This document shows positions 8,497 through 16,591 of a DNA stretch of 64,000 nucleotides, piece by piece. A program made the position numbers and the translations under genes. Each line of letters opens with the position of its first letter. Position 1 is the stretch's first letter. Below the pieces are notes generated by a model, which saw only the letters and a program-made list of their open reading frames with translations, was not told where the DNA came from and did not search any database. Source of the stretch: Bacteroidota bacterium (GTDB lineage: Bacteria > Bacteroidota > Bacteroidia > Cytophagales > UBA9547); NCBI GenBank assembly GCA_033763735.1, contig JANRJY010000025.1, positions 9,917-73,916 on the forward strand, given 5' to 3'.

Positions 8497-10911
8497 CTAT
8501 TTCATATTCCTTACCAATGCCTGTCTTTCTTTCGAAGAAATGTTACTTTTTTTAAGGTAATCTACTATTAATCGTTTTTGTGCAGATTGTTTATAGAAAT
8601 ATTGTATGGCATCTCCAGCGACAGTGTATAATCTACTATTAAAATGGGCAGCTGCATTTGCCAAATTAGTCACAACTTTATCATCCAAATGGTTAAGTTT
8701 TTTAAGCGCTTCTATGGCATTGGTACGAGTACGAAATTCATAAGACTGTGAAGAATAAGCGATTAGCTCATCTATATATTTGCTCTTTTCATTAATACAA
8801 GCAATTTCAAGCCATTTGATTCTGACATTTTTATTGTTATTTCCAAATTCAGACTTAGTAATTTCTAAATATGTATTTGTATTTTCTGGAAATTTGAATG
8901 CCAATTTCTCTAAAGTCAATTCAATAGCAACATAAGATGAGTCTTTAAGCAACTTGCGCAACTCAGTTTCTAATTCAGGTGAAATATTCTGAATATTAGT
9001 AATTACTGCCTTACGTACATTTGCATCCTTGTCATTTATAGCTCTTTTCAATAAATCAAAAGTTGATTTGGCAGTATCGTTTGCCAATTGAGATATAATC
9101 TCTGATTTGACAGCATGAAATTTTTCTTTCATGTATGTGCTAATCAATACATCACGTTTTTTACCAATATCAACCCCTTTGAGGGCAACCACTGCATCAT
9201 ACCTATCCAACATATAAGGGGCACGTAAAGCTTGATTCATCCACTCATCCAAATACTTATTAAATACTACGGACTTCATAATTTGTGCATTAGGGTCAAA
9301 AAGCACAAAATCAACGTCTACATTATTTTTATTATTTATTGCAACGGTATGGAAGGTGTTTTCCATAATTGTTTTGGATGTATCTTTTGTCCCATCTTTG
9401 TAAAACACCTCAATTTTAATTGGAACTTTAAATAAGCCAACCATATCATTGATTTCATGTGTTTGTTCAATTTTTATTTCTGTAACACGTTCATTTTTAG
9501 AGTTTTTCATATCCTGCCAATGTACTTTAAACGCAGGTTCTCCACCTTTGTATATCCATTCGTCCCAAAACCAATTCAATGAAATACCAAGCACATCATG
9601 AAAAGCTAATAAAAATTCATGGGAATCGACATTTTTATATCCGTATTTTTCAAGATAATATTTGATTACTCTATTGAATTGTTCTTTTCCGACCTGATTT
9701 TTGAGCATTTCAATTACAAATGCACCTTTAGGGTACCATCTTGTTGAACCCCCTTCAGAATGTGCTATAGCTTTTTTGTCGGTATTGGATGCTGCAATTG
9801 CTTGATTTATAGCTTGTTTGCGATTCCAATCGAATTGATCTTGACCAAAGACCTCACGGTCAAATACCCATTGATAATGCGTAGCAAAACTCTCCTGAAG
9901 CCAAGTATCGGAAGCCGAACGAGCCGTAATTAAGTCTCCAAACCACATATGAACCAATTCATGTGCATTGGTTCCTACATAATTACGATCTAAATATGCT
10001 CTTGCATCTACACAATAATAATCCGTGAATACAGTGGCAGTGGTGTTCTCCATAGCGCCATACATATAATCCTGCACTGGAATTTGAGAATAGGTAGTTT
10101 TCCAGGCATATGGTACGCCAAACTCCTTTTCAAAAAAATCCACCATTTTATCCGTGTATTTATAAATTACGTCTACCCTATCCTTATGTTCTGGATAATA
10201 ATAAAGCCTGATTGGTACTCCTGATTTAGATTTTATTTCTTTGATTTCATATTCACCAATACCTATCATAATTAAGTAAGGTGCATGAGGCATTTGCATA
10301 CGGTATTTCCAGGTTTTAGTACCATCCGAGTTTTCCTTTTCGCTTAATTTAGCCCCATTTGAAAGGACTTTATATTTTTTATCAAAAGTTACCTGAACCT
10401 CAGAAATGATTTTATCATTCATTTCGTCATACATTGGAATCCAGTTGCGGTTTTCAATTCCCTGACCTTGTGACCAAATTTGTTTTTTGGCTACATTTGT
10501 GGAATCATTCCACCCTACAAAATACAATCCCCGTTTAGGACGAGCTTCGTAGTTAAGTACTAAACTATATTTGTTGCCAAATAATACTTCCTGAGCAGGA
10601 TAAAAGGTATACCCAGCTGAATCGCGTTTGAATTCAATATTTACACCATTGATTTGAGCATCTTTAATAATCAATCCATCTTTTGCATCCAAAAAGAAAT
10701 TATCAACTTTGGTTCGAAGGGGAGTAAATATATGTGTTACTTTTCCTTTAACAAGACCTTGTTTGGGCTCAAAAGCTATTTCTAATTTCAACTCAATAAA
10801 GTCCAATGGATGCTCTCTTGGAGTAAGCAAATTGTCAACTTCGCGTTTGAACAGCTTTTGAGCAAAAATTAAATTGAGACTTAATAAAAATATAATTAGT
10901 GTGCGATACAT
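8497..10911 (-). CDS. M1 family zinc aminopeptidase with a C-terminal HEAT/ARM-like helical domain
   Basis: GAMENT exopeptidase motif and HELVHMWFGD...WLQESFA (HEXXH-18-E). A signal-like start MYRTLIIFLLSLNLIFAQ begins at 10911; the track ORF starts at 10974. Confidence 0.85.
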   Translation of the reverse strand: MYRTLIIFLLSLNLIFAQKLFKREVDNLLTPREHPLDFIELKLEIAFEPKQGLVKGKVTHIFTPLRTKVDNFFLDAKDGLIIKDAQINGVNIEFKRDSAGYTFYPAQEVLFGNKYSLVLNYEARPKRGLYFVGWNDSTNVAKKQIWSQGQGIENRNWIPMYDEMNDKIISEVQVTFDKKYKVLSNGAKLSEKENSDGTKTWKYRMQMPHAPYLIMIGIGEYEIKEIKSKSGVPIRLYYYPEHKDRVDVIYKYTDKMVDFFEKEFGVPYAWKTTYSQIPVQDYMYGAMENTTATVFTDYYCVDARAYLDRNYVGTNAHELVHMWFGDLITARSASDTWLQESFATHYQWVFDREVFGQDQFDWNRKQAINQAIAASNTDKKAIAHSEGGSTRWYPKGAFVIEMLKNQVGKEQFNRVIKYYLEKYGYKNVDSHEFLLAFHDVLGISLNWFWDEWIYKGGEPAFKVHWQDMKNSKNERVTEIKIEQTHEINDMVGLFKVPIKIEVFYKDGTKDTSKTIMENTFHTVAINNKNNVDVDFVLFDPNAQIMKSVVFNKYLDEWMNQALRAPYMLDRYDAVVALKGVDIGKKRDVLISTYMKEKFHAVKSEIISQLANDTAKSTFDLLKRAINDKDANVRKAVITNIQNISPELETELRKLLKDSSYVAIELTLEKLAFKFPENTNTYLEITKSEFGNNNKNVRIKWLEIACINEKSKYIDELIAYSSQSYEFRTRTNAIEALKKLNHLDDKVVTNLANAAAHFNSRLYTVAGDAIQYFYKQSAQKRLIVDYLKKSNISSKERQALVRNMK

Positions 10912-10973
10912 AAAAACAAAATTTTGATGCAATATAAAATGATTAGTTTTATAACGAAAACAATATCCAAACA

Positions 10974-11183
10974 TTGAAGTATCTGGCTATTATCATTATT
11001 CGTTTTTACAAGTATGCTATTTCGCCTTTTTTACCAATGGCCTGCAGGTATACTCCAACTTGTTCCTCATACACAGAAGAAGCAATTAAGAAATATGGAG
11101 TGTTAAAAGGAAGTTGGTTGGCTATCAAGCGAATAAGTAGTTGCCACCCATGGGGAGGAAGTGGATATGATCCGGTACCTTAG
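10974..11183 (+). CDS. yidD: Membrane protein insertion efficiency factor YidD
   Basis: 69 aa. [54 protein letters not shown] is the canonical YidD sequence. Confidence 0.9.
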   Translation: MKYLAIIIIRFYKYAISPFLPMACRYTPTCSSYTEEAIKKYGVLKGSWLAIKRISSCHPWGGSGYDPVP

Positions 11184-11290
11184 AAGTGTTGACGATTTGA
11201 AGTGCTGACGCTTGGACGTGTATAAGTGTTATGTCTTATTATGTGTTCAAGTGTTAATGTTTTGAAGAGTTGTGTGATGTAAAATATTAT
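11183..11290. repeat. Second C-poor (G/T/A-rich) intergenic tract, related to 7524-7637
   Basis: GAAGTGTTGACG at 11183-11194 and GAAGTGCTGACG at 11199-11210 (period 16), with further AAGTGTT copies and TTTTGAAGAGTTGTGTGATG. It shares the core AAGTGyTsACG with the 7541/7557 repeats. Confidence 0.6.
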
Positions 11291-11342
11291 TCTTATTAAA
11301 TGAAGATTTAAACGTAAAAGTTAATTGTTTTCAGGTTGAAAC

Positions 11343-13685
11343 TTAAAATTTAAAATTATAAGTAACAGCCGGAATTATTGGAAAGAGAGAGACTTGTTTG
11401 AATAAATTCTTGATTTCCGTACTTCCATTGATGGCCGTATTTTGGCCTTCTTGCAAATCACCGGTATCCACATACACAAAATAAGGATTACGATTGTTAT
11501 AAGCATTATAGATGCTAAAAGTAAGGTCTGATGTGCCCCATTTGGGGTAAAATTTCCAAATCAATCCTAAATCCAACCGATGATATGCTGCCATTCGGGA
11601 ATTGTTGCGCTGATCATATACAGGAACAATTGCAGGATCAGAACCATTAATGCCTTGCTTTACAAATAATGCTACCGGTATTGTTAGTGTATTGCCCGTG
11701 CCATAAACCCAGGTAGCAGAAAAGCTTAATCTTTTTGAAAAATCGTAAACTGCCACAATAGATACATCGTGTCTTCTATCCACTCTTGAAGGAAATGCCT
11801 GTCCATTGTTAATTAATTCGAATTGACGCCAATTCCATGAAAGGGTATAACCTATCCATCCGTGTAGTTTTCCTTCTTTCTTTTCAATGTAAAATTCATT
11901 TCCATAAGCCCATCCTTTTCCAAAAACAAACTGACTATCTATTTGGTCAACATTGAATATATTTGCTCCGTCTTTCAGGTCAATTTGATTATTGAGCCAT
12001 TTGTAAAACAGCTCATTGGTTATCAATACTTTACCTTCAAACATGGTCATTGACACCCCTCCTGCTATCTGATCGGAATATTGAGGTTTTACCATTTGGT
12101 TGGAAGGATACCAAAAATCCCATGGAAGTGATGCCCCGGAGTTGGAAACTAAGTTGAGATATTGGTACATACGTGCATAACTTCCTTTTAATGAAAATCG
12201 CTCATTGATTTTATATCGTACAGCTGCCCTTGGTTCCGGATTAATATAATATGCATAAGTTTTAGGATTGTAAATGCCTGAAAATCTGAGTCCTGCATAT
12301 AACTTCCATCGCAAACTCAGGTCAAAATCATCACCAACATATGCAGCAAAACTATAAGCATTGATAGGAGTTTCGTTCAAAAAGTTTGATGAATTATCGG
12401 AAGTACTTATACTGATTCGGTTCAATACAAAATCATGCCTTGTAAATTGAGCTCCAAACTTGACGGCATGTCGCGTATTCAAATTGTAATCAAAATCATA
12501 CTTTATTGAATAATCTCTAATGGAGGAACCCAGACTAAACTTAAATGCATCAAGCGCATTTTTAATTTCATATCGGTAATCTGAAAATAGTATTGACAAA
12601 TTGGAAAACAAGCGACCGCTAAACACATGATTCCACCTGAATGTTGAATTAATGTTACCCCATGTGAAATCAATTTTGAAATTTCGTCTTTGAAAGCCAA
12701 ACACATCTTGACCAAAATATCCACTTAAAAATATTCTATCTCTATTTCCCAAAATATAGTTTGCTTTCAGATTCAAATCATAAAAATAATAAGCTGGGAT
12801 TGGCTCATAGTTTTTAACATTTTTATTCAATTGGTTATACATTTCAGTAAAAATATCGGCATAGGTTCTTCTTCCTGCAATTAAAATAGAGCCTTTATTT
12901 TTTACAATTGGCATTTCTATCATTCCACGAGAAGCAATTAATCCAATGCCCCCCGAACCTGAAAACTTGGTTTTGTTTCCTTCATTCATCCTTACATCTA
13001 CAATGGAAGAAAGCCTGCCTCCATATTGAGCAGGGAATCCACCTTTGTATAAATCGACCGACTTTACCGCATCCGGGTTGAATGTGCTAAAAAAACCAAA
13101 TAAATGACCGGGATTATACACGGTAGCTTCATCAAGCAAAAACATATTTTGATCTGCTCCCCCACCCCTTACATACAATCCGGCAAATCCTTCTCCACCA
13201 GATTGCACACCAGGTTTTAGCTGCAATACCTTAATCAAATCCACTTCACCCAAAATAACAGGAACCGATTTGGCTTCTTTTGTTGTTAGTTGAAGCATAC
13301 TTGTTTGGGTGGAATTAACTTGTTCTTTGTAAGCTGTGGATGTTACTTCTATTTCATCTATTTGCTTGGAAGCACTTATTAATTCAAAGTTGATGACAGT
13401 ATCTTTCTGCAATTCAAATGACCTGCTTTGCGTTTGATAACCCAGATATGAGCATAAAATACTGATTGTATCCGGTTTTGCACTTATAGAATAATGACCA
13501 TAACCATTGGTTGAAGTTGCTTGAGTTTTGGCTTTTATGGAAATTGTTCCTCCAATTAATTCCTCACCTGTGGTTTTATCTTTGACATAACCCGAAACTA
13601 CAAATTGTTTTTGAGCAAATATTATGGTCGAAAAAAAATAAAAAGTCAAGATTGCTTTTTTACTTATAGGATGCATTACATTCAA
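11343..13685 (-). CDS. TonB-dependent outer-membrane receptor with N-terminal carboxypeptidase-regulatory-like domain
   Basis: Signal peptide, then FVVSGYVKDKTTGEELIGGTISIK (CarboxypepD_reg-like), then a plug region (VDLIKVLQLKPGV), a long beta-barrel and the terminal aromatic YNFKF. Confidence 0.85.
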   Translation of the reverse strand: MNVMHPISKKAILTFYFFSTIIFAQKQFVVSGYVKDKTTGEELIGGTISIKAKTQATSTNGYGHYSISAKPDTISILCSYLGYQTQSRSFELQKDTVINFELISASKQIDEIEVTSTAYKEQVNSTQTSMLQLTTKEAKSVPVILGEVDLIKVLQLKPGVQSGGEGFAGLYVRGGGADQNMFLLDEATVYNPGHLFGFFSTFNPDAVKSVDLYKGGFPAQYGGRLSSIVDVRMNEGNKTKFSGSGGIGLIASRGMIEMPIVKNKGSILIAGRRTYADIFTEMYNQLNKNVKNYEPIPAYYFYDLNLKANYILGNRDRIFLSGYFGQDVFGFQRRNFKIDFTWGNINSTFRWNHVFSGRLFSNLSILFSDYRYEIKNALDAFKFSLGSSIRDYSIKYDFDYNLNTRHAVKFGAQFTRHDFVLNRISISTSDNSSNFLNETPINAYSFAAYVGDDFDLSLRWKLYAGLRFSGIYNPKTYAYYINPEPRAAVRYKINERFSLKGSYARMYQYLNLVSNSGASLPWDFWYPSNQMVKPQYSDQIAGGVSMTMFEGKVLITNELFYKWLNNQIDLKDGANIFNVDQIDSQFVFGKGWAYGNEFYIEKKEGKLHGWIGYTLSWNWRQFELINNGQAFPSRVDRRHDVSIVAVYDFSKRLSFSATWVYGTGNTLTIPVALFVKQGINGSDPAIVPVYDQRNNSRMAAYHRLDLGLIWKFYPKWGTSDLTFSIYNAYNNRNPYFVYVDTGDLQEGQNTAINGSTEIKNLFKQVSLFPIIPAVTYNFKF

Positions 13686-13740
13686 AATGTAGCAGTTCTT
13701 TACAATATTAAAGTCAGTTTCATAAAAATTTTTATCGGAA

Positions 13741-14862
13741 TTAACCTTTCAAATTGCTATTTAATATATTGGATAACAATAATATATCCTCTTTTGAATT
13801 GAATTGATGCAAACAAATCCGAAGTCGTTCGGTTCCTTTTTTGACTGTTGGAGAAAGAATAGGTTTAACCCATAATCGATTATTCTGTAAATCATTGCTT
13901 ATTTTTTTAGTTTCTTTAACATCGCCAATAATAATGACTTGAATAGGACTGTCTGAATCCATTTTCAAAACTTCAGAATTACATACCGACTTAAATAAGG
14001 CAATATTATTTTCTAATTGTAACTTCAGGTAAATATTTTCTTGAAGAAATTCAAATGCACAATCAATAGATACTAATGAGTGAAAAGGCAAAGCTGTTGC
14101 ATAAATAAAAGGTCGAGAAAAATTTATCAAAAAGTCTTTTACCATTCGGCTGCAAATGACCACTGCACCATGAACACCCATGCCTTTACCAAAAGTGTGA
14201 ATTCTGATACAAATGTCCTTTTCTATGTTCAAATCAACACACAATCCCTCCCCCATAGGACCATACACACCAGTGCTATGTGCCTCATCTACAATAATAT
14301 AGGCTTGATATTTTTTTGCAATATTTGTAATCTCAATTATTGAAGCTTCATCGCCATCCATTGAATAAATGCTTTCAATAACGATAAAAATTGTGCCTTG
14401 TGCATTCTTTATCTTTTTTTCTAAATCTGTAATATCATTATGACGGAATGCAAATTTTTCGGCAAAACTCAATCGTATGCCATCTTTGATACTTGAATGG
14501 CAAAGTTCATCATATAAAATGGTGTCCCCTTTTTGAGGAACAGATGAAAGTACACCTGTATTGGCGGCATACCCGGAATTAAAAATCAAAGCAGATTCAC
14601 CTTTGAAGAATACTCGCAGCTTTTCTTCTAATTGTTCGTAAAAAATGCAATTCCCACTTATCAATCTGGAGCCAGTGGCACCCAATTTGTTTTGAAAATC
14701 TGCTTGTTTAAATCTTTTCTCAATTAACTGAAACAACTCAGGATTACGAGCCAAACCTAAATAATCGTTGGAACAAAAATCTATTAAATTATTTTGCTTT
14801 GGAAGTGTTCTGAACGAATCTTCCTCGTGCCTTGTGTTGAGTTTATGAATCAGTTTGTCCAA
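13741..14862 (-). CDS. bioF: Alpha-oxoamine synthase, 8-amino-7-oxononanoate synthase-like (BioF/Kbl/Spt family)
   Basis: FCSNDYLGL, DEAHSTGVYG, and HTFGKGMGVHGA carrying the PLP lysine. No other bio genes are adjacent, so the substrate assignment is tentative. Confidence 0.65.
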   Translation of the reverse strand: MDKLIHKLNTRHEEDSFRTLPKQNNLIDFCSNDYLGLARNPELFQLIEKRFKQADFQNKLGATGSRLISGNCIFYEQLEEKLRVFFKGESALIFNSGYAANTGVLSSVPQKGDTILYDELCHSSIKDGIRLSFAEKFAFRHNDITDLEKKIKNAQGTIFIVIESIYSMDGDEASIIEITNIAKKYQAYIIVDEAHSTGVYGPMGEGLCVDLNIEKDICIRIHTFGKGMGVHGAVVICSRMVKDFLINFSRPFIYATALPFHSLVSIDCAFEFLQENIYLKLQLENNIALFKSVCNSEVLKMDSDSPIQVIIIGDVKETKKISNDLQNNRLWVKPILSPTVKKGTERLRICLHQFNSKEDILLLSNILNSNLKG

Positions 14863-14867
14863 TTCAA

Positions 14868-15452
14868 TTACTTTTTTAGTGCTATCGAATCCTTTAACGC
14901 CTTGTACTCTTCAGGTTTCAAATTCTTATAACCTATTTGCTGCTGAATATCTGATTGATTTACATATATAAAAGCTTTGCTAATCTGATTTTGCAATATT
15001 AAAAACTTCACATGCACCCTGAAAATAGCCCAGGTATTATAATCGCGATTGTGAAACTTTGCTGTGTAATAATGCATTACCCATACTTCCGATTTGTTTT
15101 TATCATTTTTCTTTATGGAAATAAAACTTTCGGGATTTTGATAAAACATAGAATCATTGCGTAGATGCGTACTTTTCCAACTAATGATTAGTTTTTCTTT
15201 ATTGAGTGAATCTTTTAGCTTTGGACCGTAAAAAACAAGGTCGTTGGCTAGTATTTTTTCTAAAGTACCATATTTTTCATCAAAGGCTGCCTTAAAATAC
15301 TGTTCCACCAACTGTTTTGGACTTACTGATGCCTCTTTTTTAACCAGTTGTTTATATCTTCTTTTTTTTCTTCTAGCACCATTACAAAGTATTGAAAAAC
15401 ATAATAATATAAGGGTTAAAAAAACAAACCTATTCTTGAAATTAGTAAACAT
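14868..15452 (-). CDS. Hypothetical secreted protein (possibly NTF2/SnoaL-like fold)
   Basis: 194-aa ORF with an N-terminal hydrophobic signal-like segment. It sits 5 nt from the upstream bioF-like stop on the same strand. Function unknown. Confidence 0.45.
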   Translation of the reverse strand: MFTNFKNRFVFLTLILLCFSILCNGARRKKRRYKQLVKKEASVSPKQLVEQYFKAAFDEKYGTLEKILANDLVFYGPKLKDSLNKEKLIISWKSTHLRNDSMFYQNPESFISIKKNDKNKSEVWVMHYYTAKFHNRDYNTWAIFRVHVKFLILQNQISKAFIYVNQSDIQQQIGYKNLKPEEYKALKDSIALKK

Positions 15453-15461
15453 TATGGAGGT

Positions 15462-16439
15462 TTAGCCTAAGCTTTGATTTTCAATAGAAGCTAATTCTAT
15501 GAGTTCTTCGTAATCTTTTGGAGATAAATCATTGAAGAAATAATGAATAGGATTTACCATAACACCGCCTTTAATTACTTCATAATGCAAATGTGGTGCA
15601 GTAGCTGTGCCAGTGCTGCCTACATATCCAATCACCTCACCTCTTTTAACTTTTTGTCCATTTTTAATATTGATTTTGTCCAAATGAGCATATCGGGTCA
15701 CAAATCCAAATCCATGATCCACTTCAATAAATCTACCATAGCCATCGTATGATGCATTTCCAATATATGCCATTCCATCTCCTGTTGCATATACAGGCGT
15801 GCCTCTTACTGCCGAAAAGTCAATGCCGGTGTGAAATTTTTTCACTTTATATATAGGATGAATTCTCATTCCAAATCCGGAAGCCAAACTTTTTAAAGTT
15901 TTATTAGAAATGGGCTGAATAGCAGGGATACTAGCCAACATTTGTTCTTTATTACGAGCAAGATTTATTATTTCATCATATGATTTACTTTGGATATATA
16001 TCTTACGTTTAAGTTCTTCCACTTTACTAAGTGTAGATGCAATGATTTTTTCACGATCAATACCTTGCACCACCATGTTTGCATATTTTTCGGCACCACC
16101 TACACCTGCATTTCTTTTGGATTGAGGAATAGGATCCGTTTCAAAAATCACCCTGTAAATGTTGTCATCTCTATCTTGTAACTGACTCAGCACTTCATTG
16201 GACTCAACAAGCTGTCTGTTGATAATATCGTAATACGTTTTGAGTTGTTCGTTCTCTTTTTTAAGCAAAACTTCCTTTGGAGAATCAAAAAATTTGAAAT
16301 AAAGATAAAAAAGCAAGGATGCTAGCGATAATGAAAGTGCAACAAAGCCTGCCAAATTGAGCAATATATCAGAAGTTTTGGTTACTGACCGCTCGTATTT
16401 GCAAGTTTCTGTATTATAGTAATATTTTATTCTCGCCAT
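15462..16439 (-). CDS. M23 family metallopeptidase (membrane-anchored, with coiled coil)
   Basis: HTGIDFSAVRGTPVYATGDG (HxxxD) and APHLHYEV (HxH), with an N-terminal TM helix. Confidence 0.85.
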   Translation of the reverse strand: MARIKYYYNTETCKYERSVTKTSDILLNLAGFVALSLSLASLLFYLYFKFFDSPKEVLLKKENEQLKTYYDIINRQLVESNEVLSQLQDRDDNIYRVIFETDPIPQSKRNAGVGGAEKYANMVVQGIDREKIIASTLSKVEELKRKIYIQSKSYDEIINLARNKEQMLASIPAIQPISNKTLKSLASGFGMRIHPIYKVKKFHTGIDFSAVRGTPVYATGDGMAYIGNASYDGYGRFIEVDHGFGFVTRYAHLDKINIKNGQKVKRGEVIGYVGSTGTATAPHLHYEVIKGGVMVNPIHYFFNDLSPKDYEELIELASIENQSLG

Positions 16440-16495
16440 AACTTAAATCAAATAATATGAACAAATTCAGTTATAAAACATCTTCATTATTCATT

Positions 16496-16517
16496 TATTT
16501 GCACAATATTTGCACAA
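16496..16517. repeat. Perfect tandem duplication of TATTTGCACAA in the divergent M23/alaS promoter region
   Basis: TATTTGCACAA occurs at 16496-16506 and again at 16507-16517. Confidence 0.8.
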
Positions 16518-16591
16518 CAAATTCAACATCAATACGCAAATTACAAACTAATATTACATTTTCAAATTAAGTAGCTTTAAAATAGTAGTCA

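Noticed and set aside
8448-10974. N-terminal extensions of track ORFs: pheA to 8495, M1 peptidase to 10974, lipoprotein to 30692
   Set aside because: The extensions encode implausible leaders or run through a terminator hairpin. Internal Met codons give canonical N-termini: MTKVAIQG for the PDT domain, MYRTLIIFLL as a signal peptide, and MKLSKLL as a lipoprotein signal.
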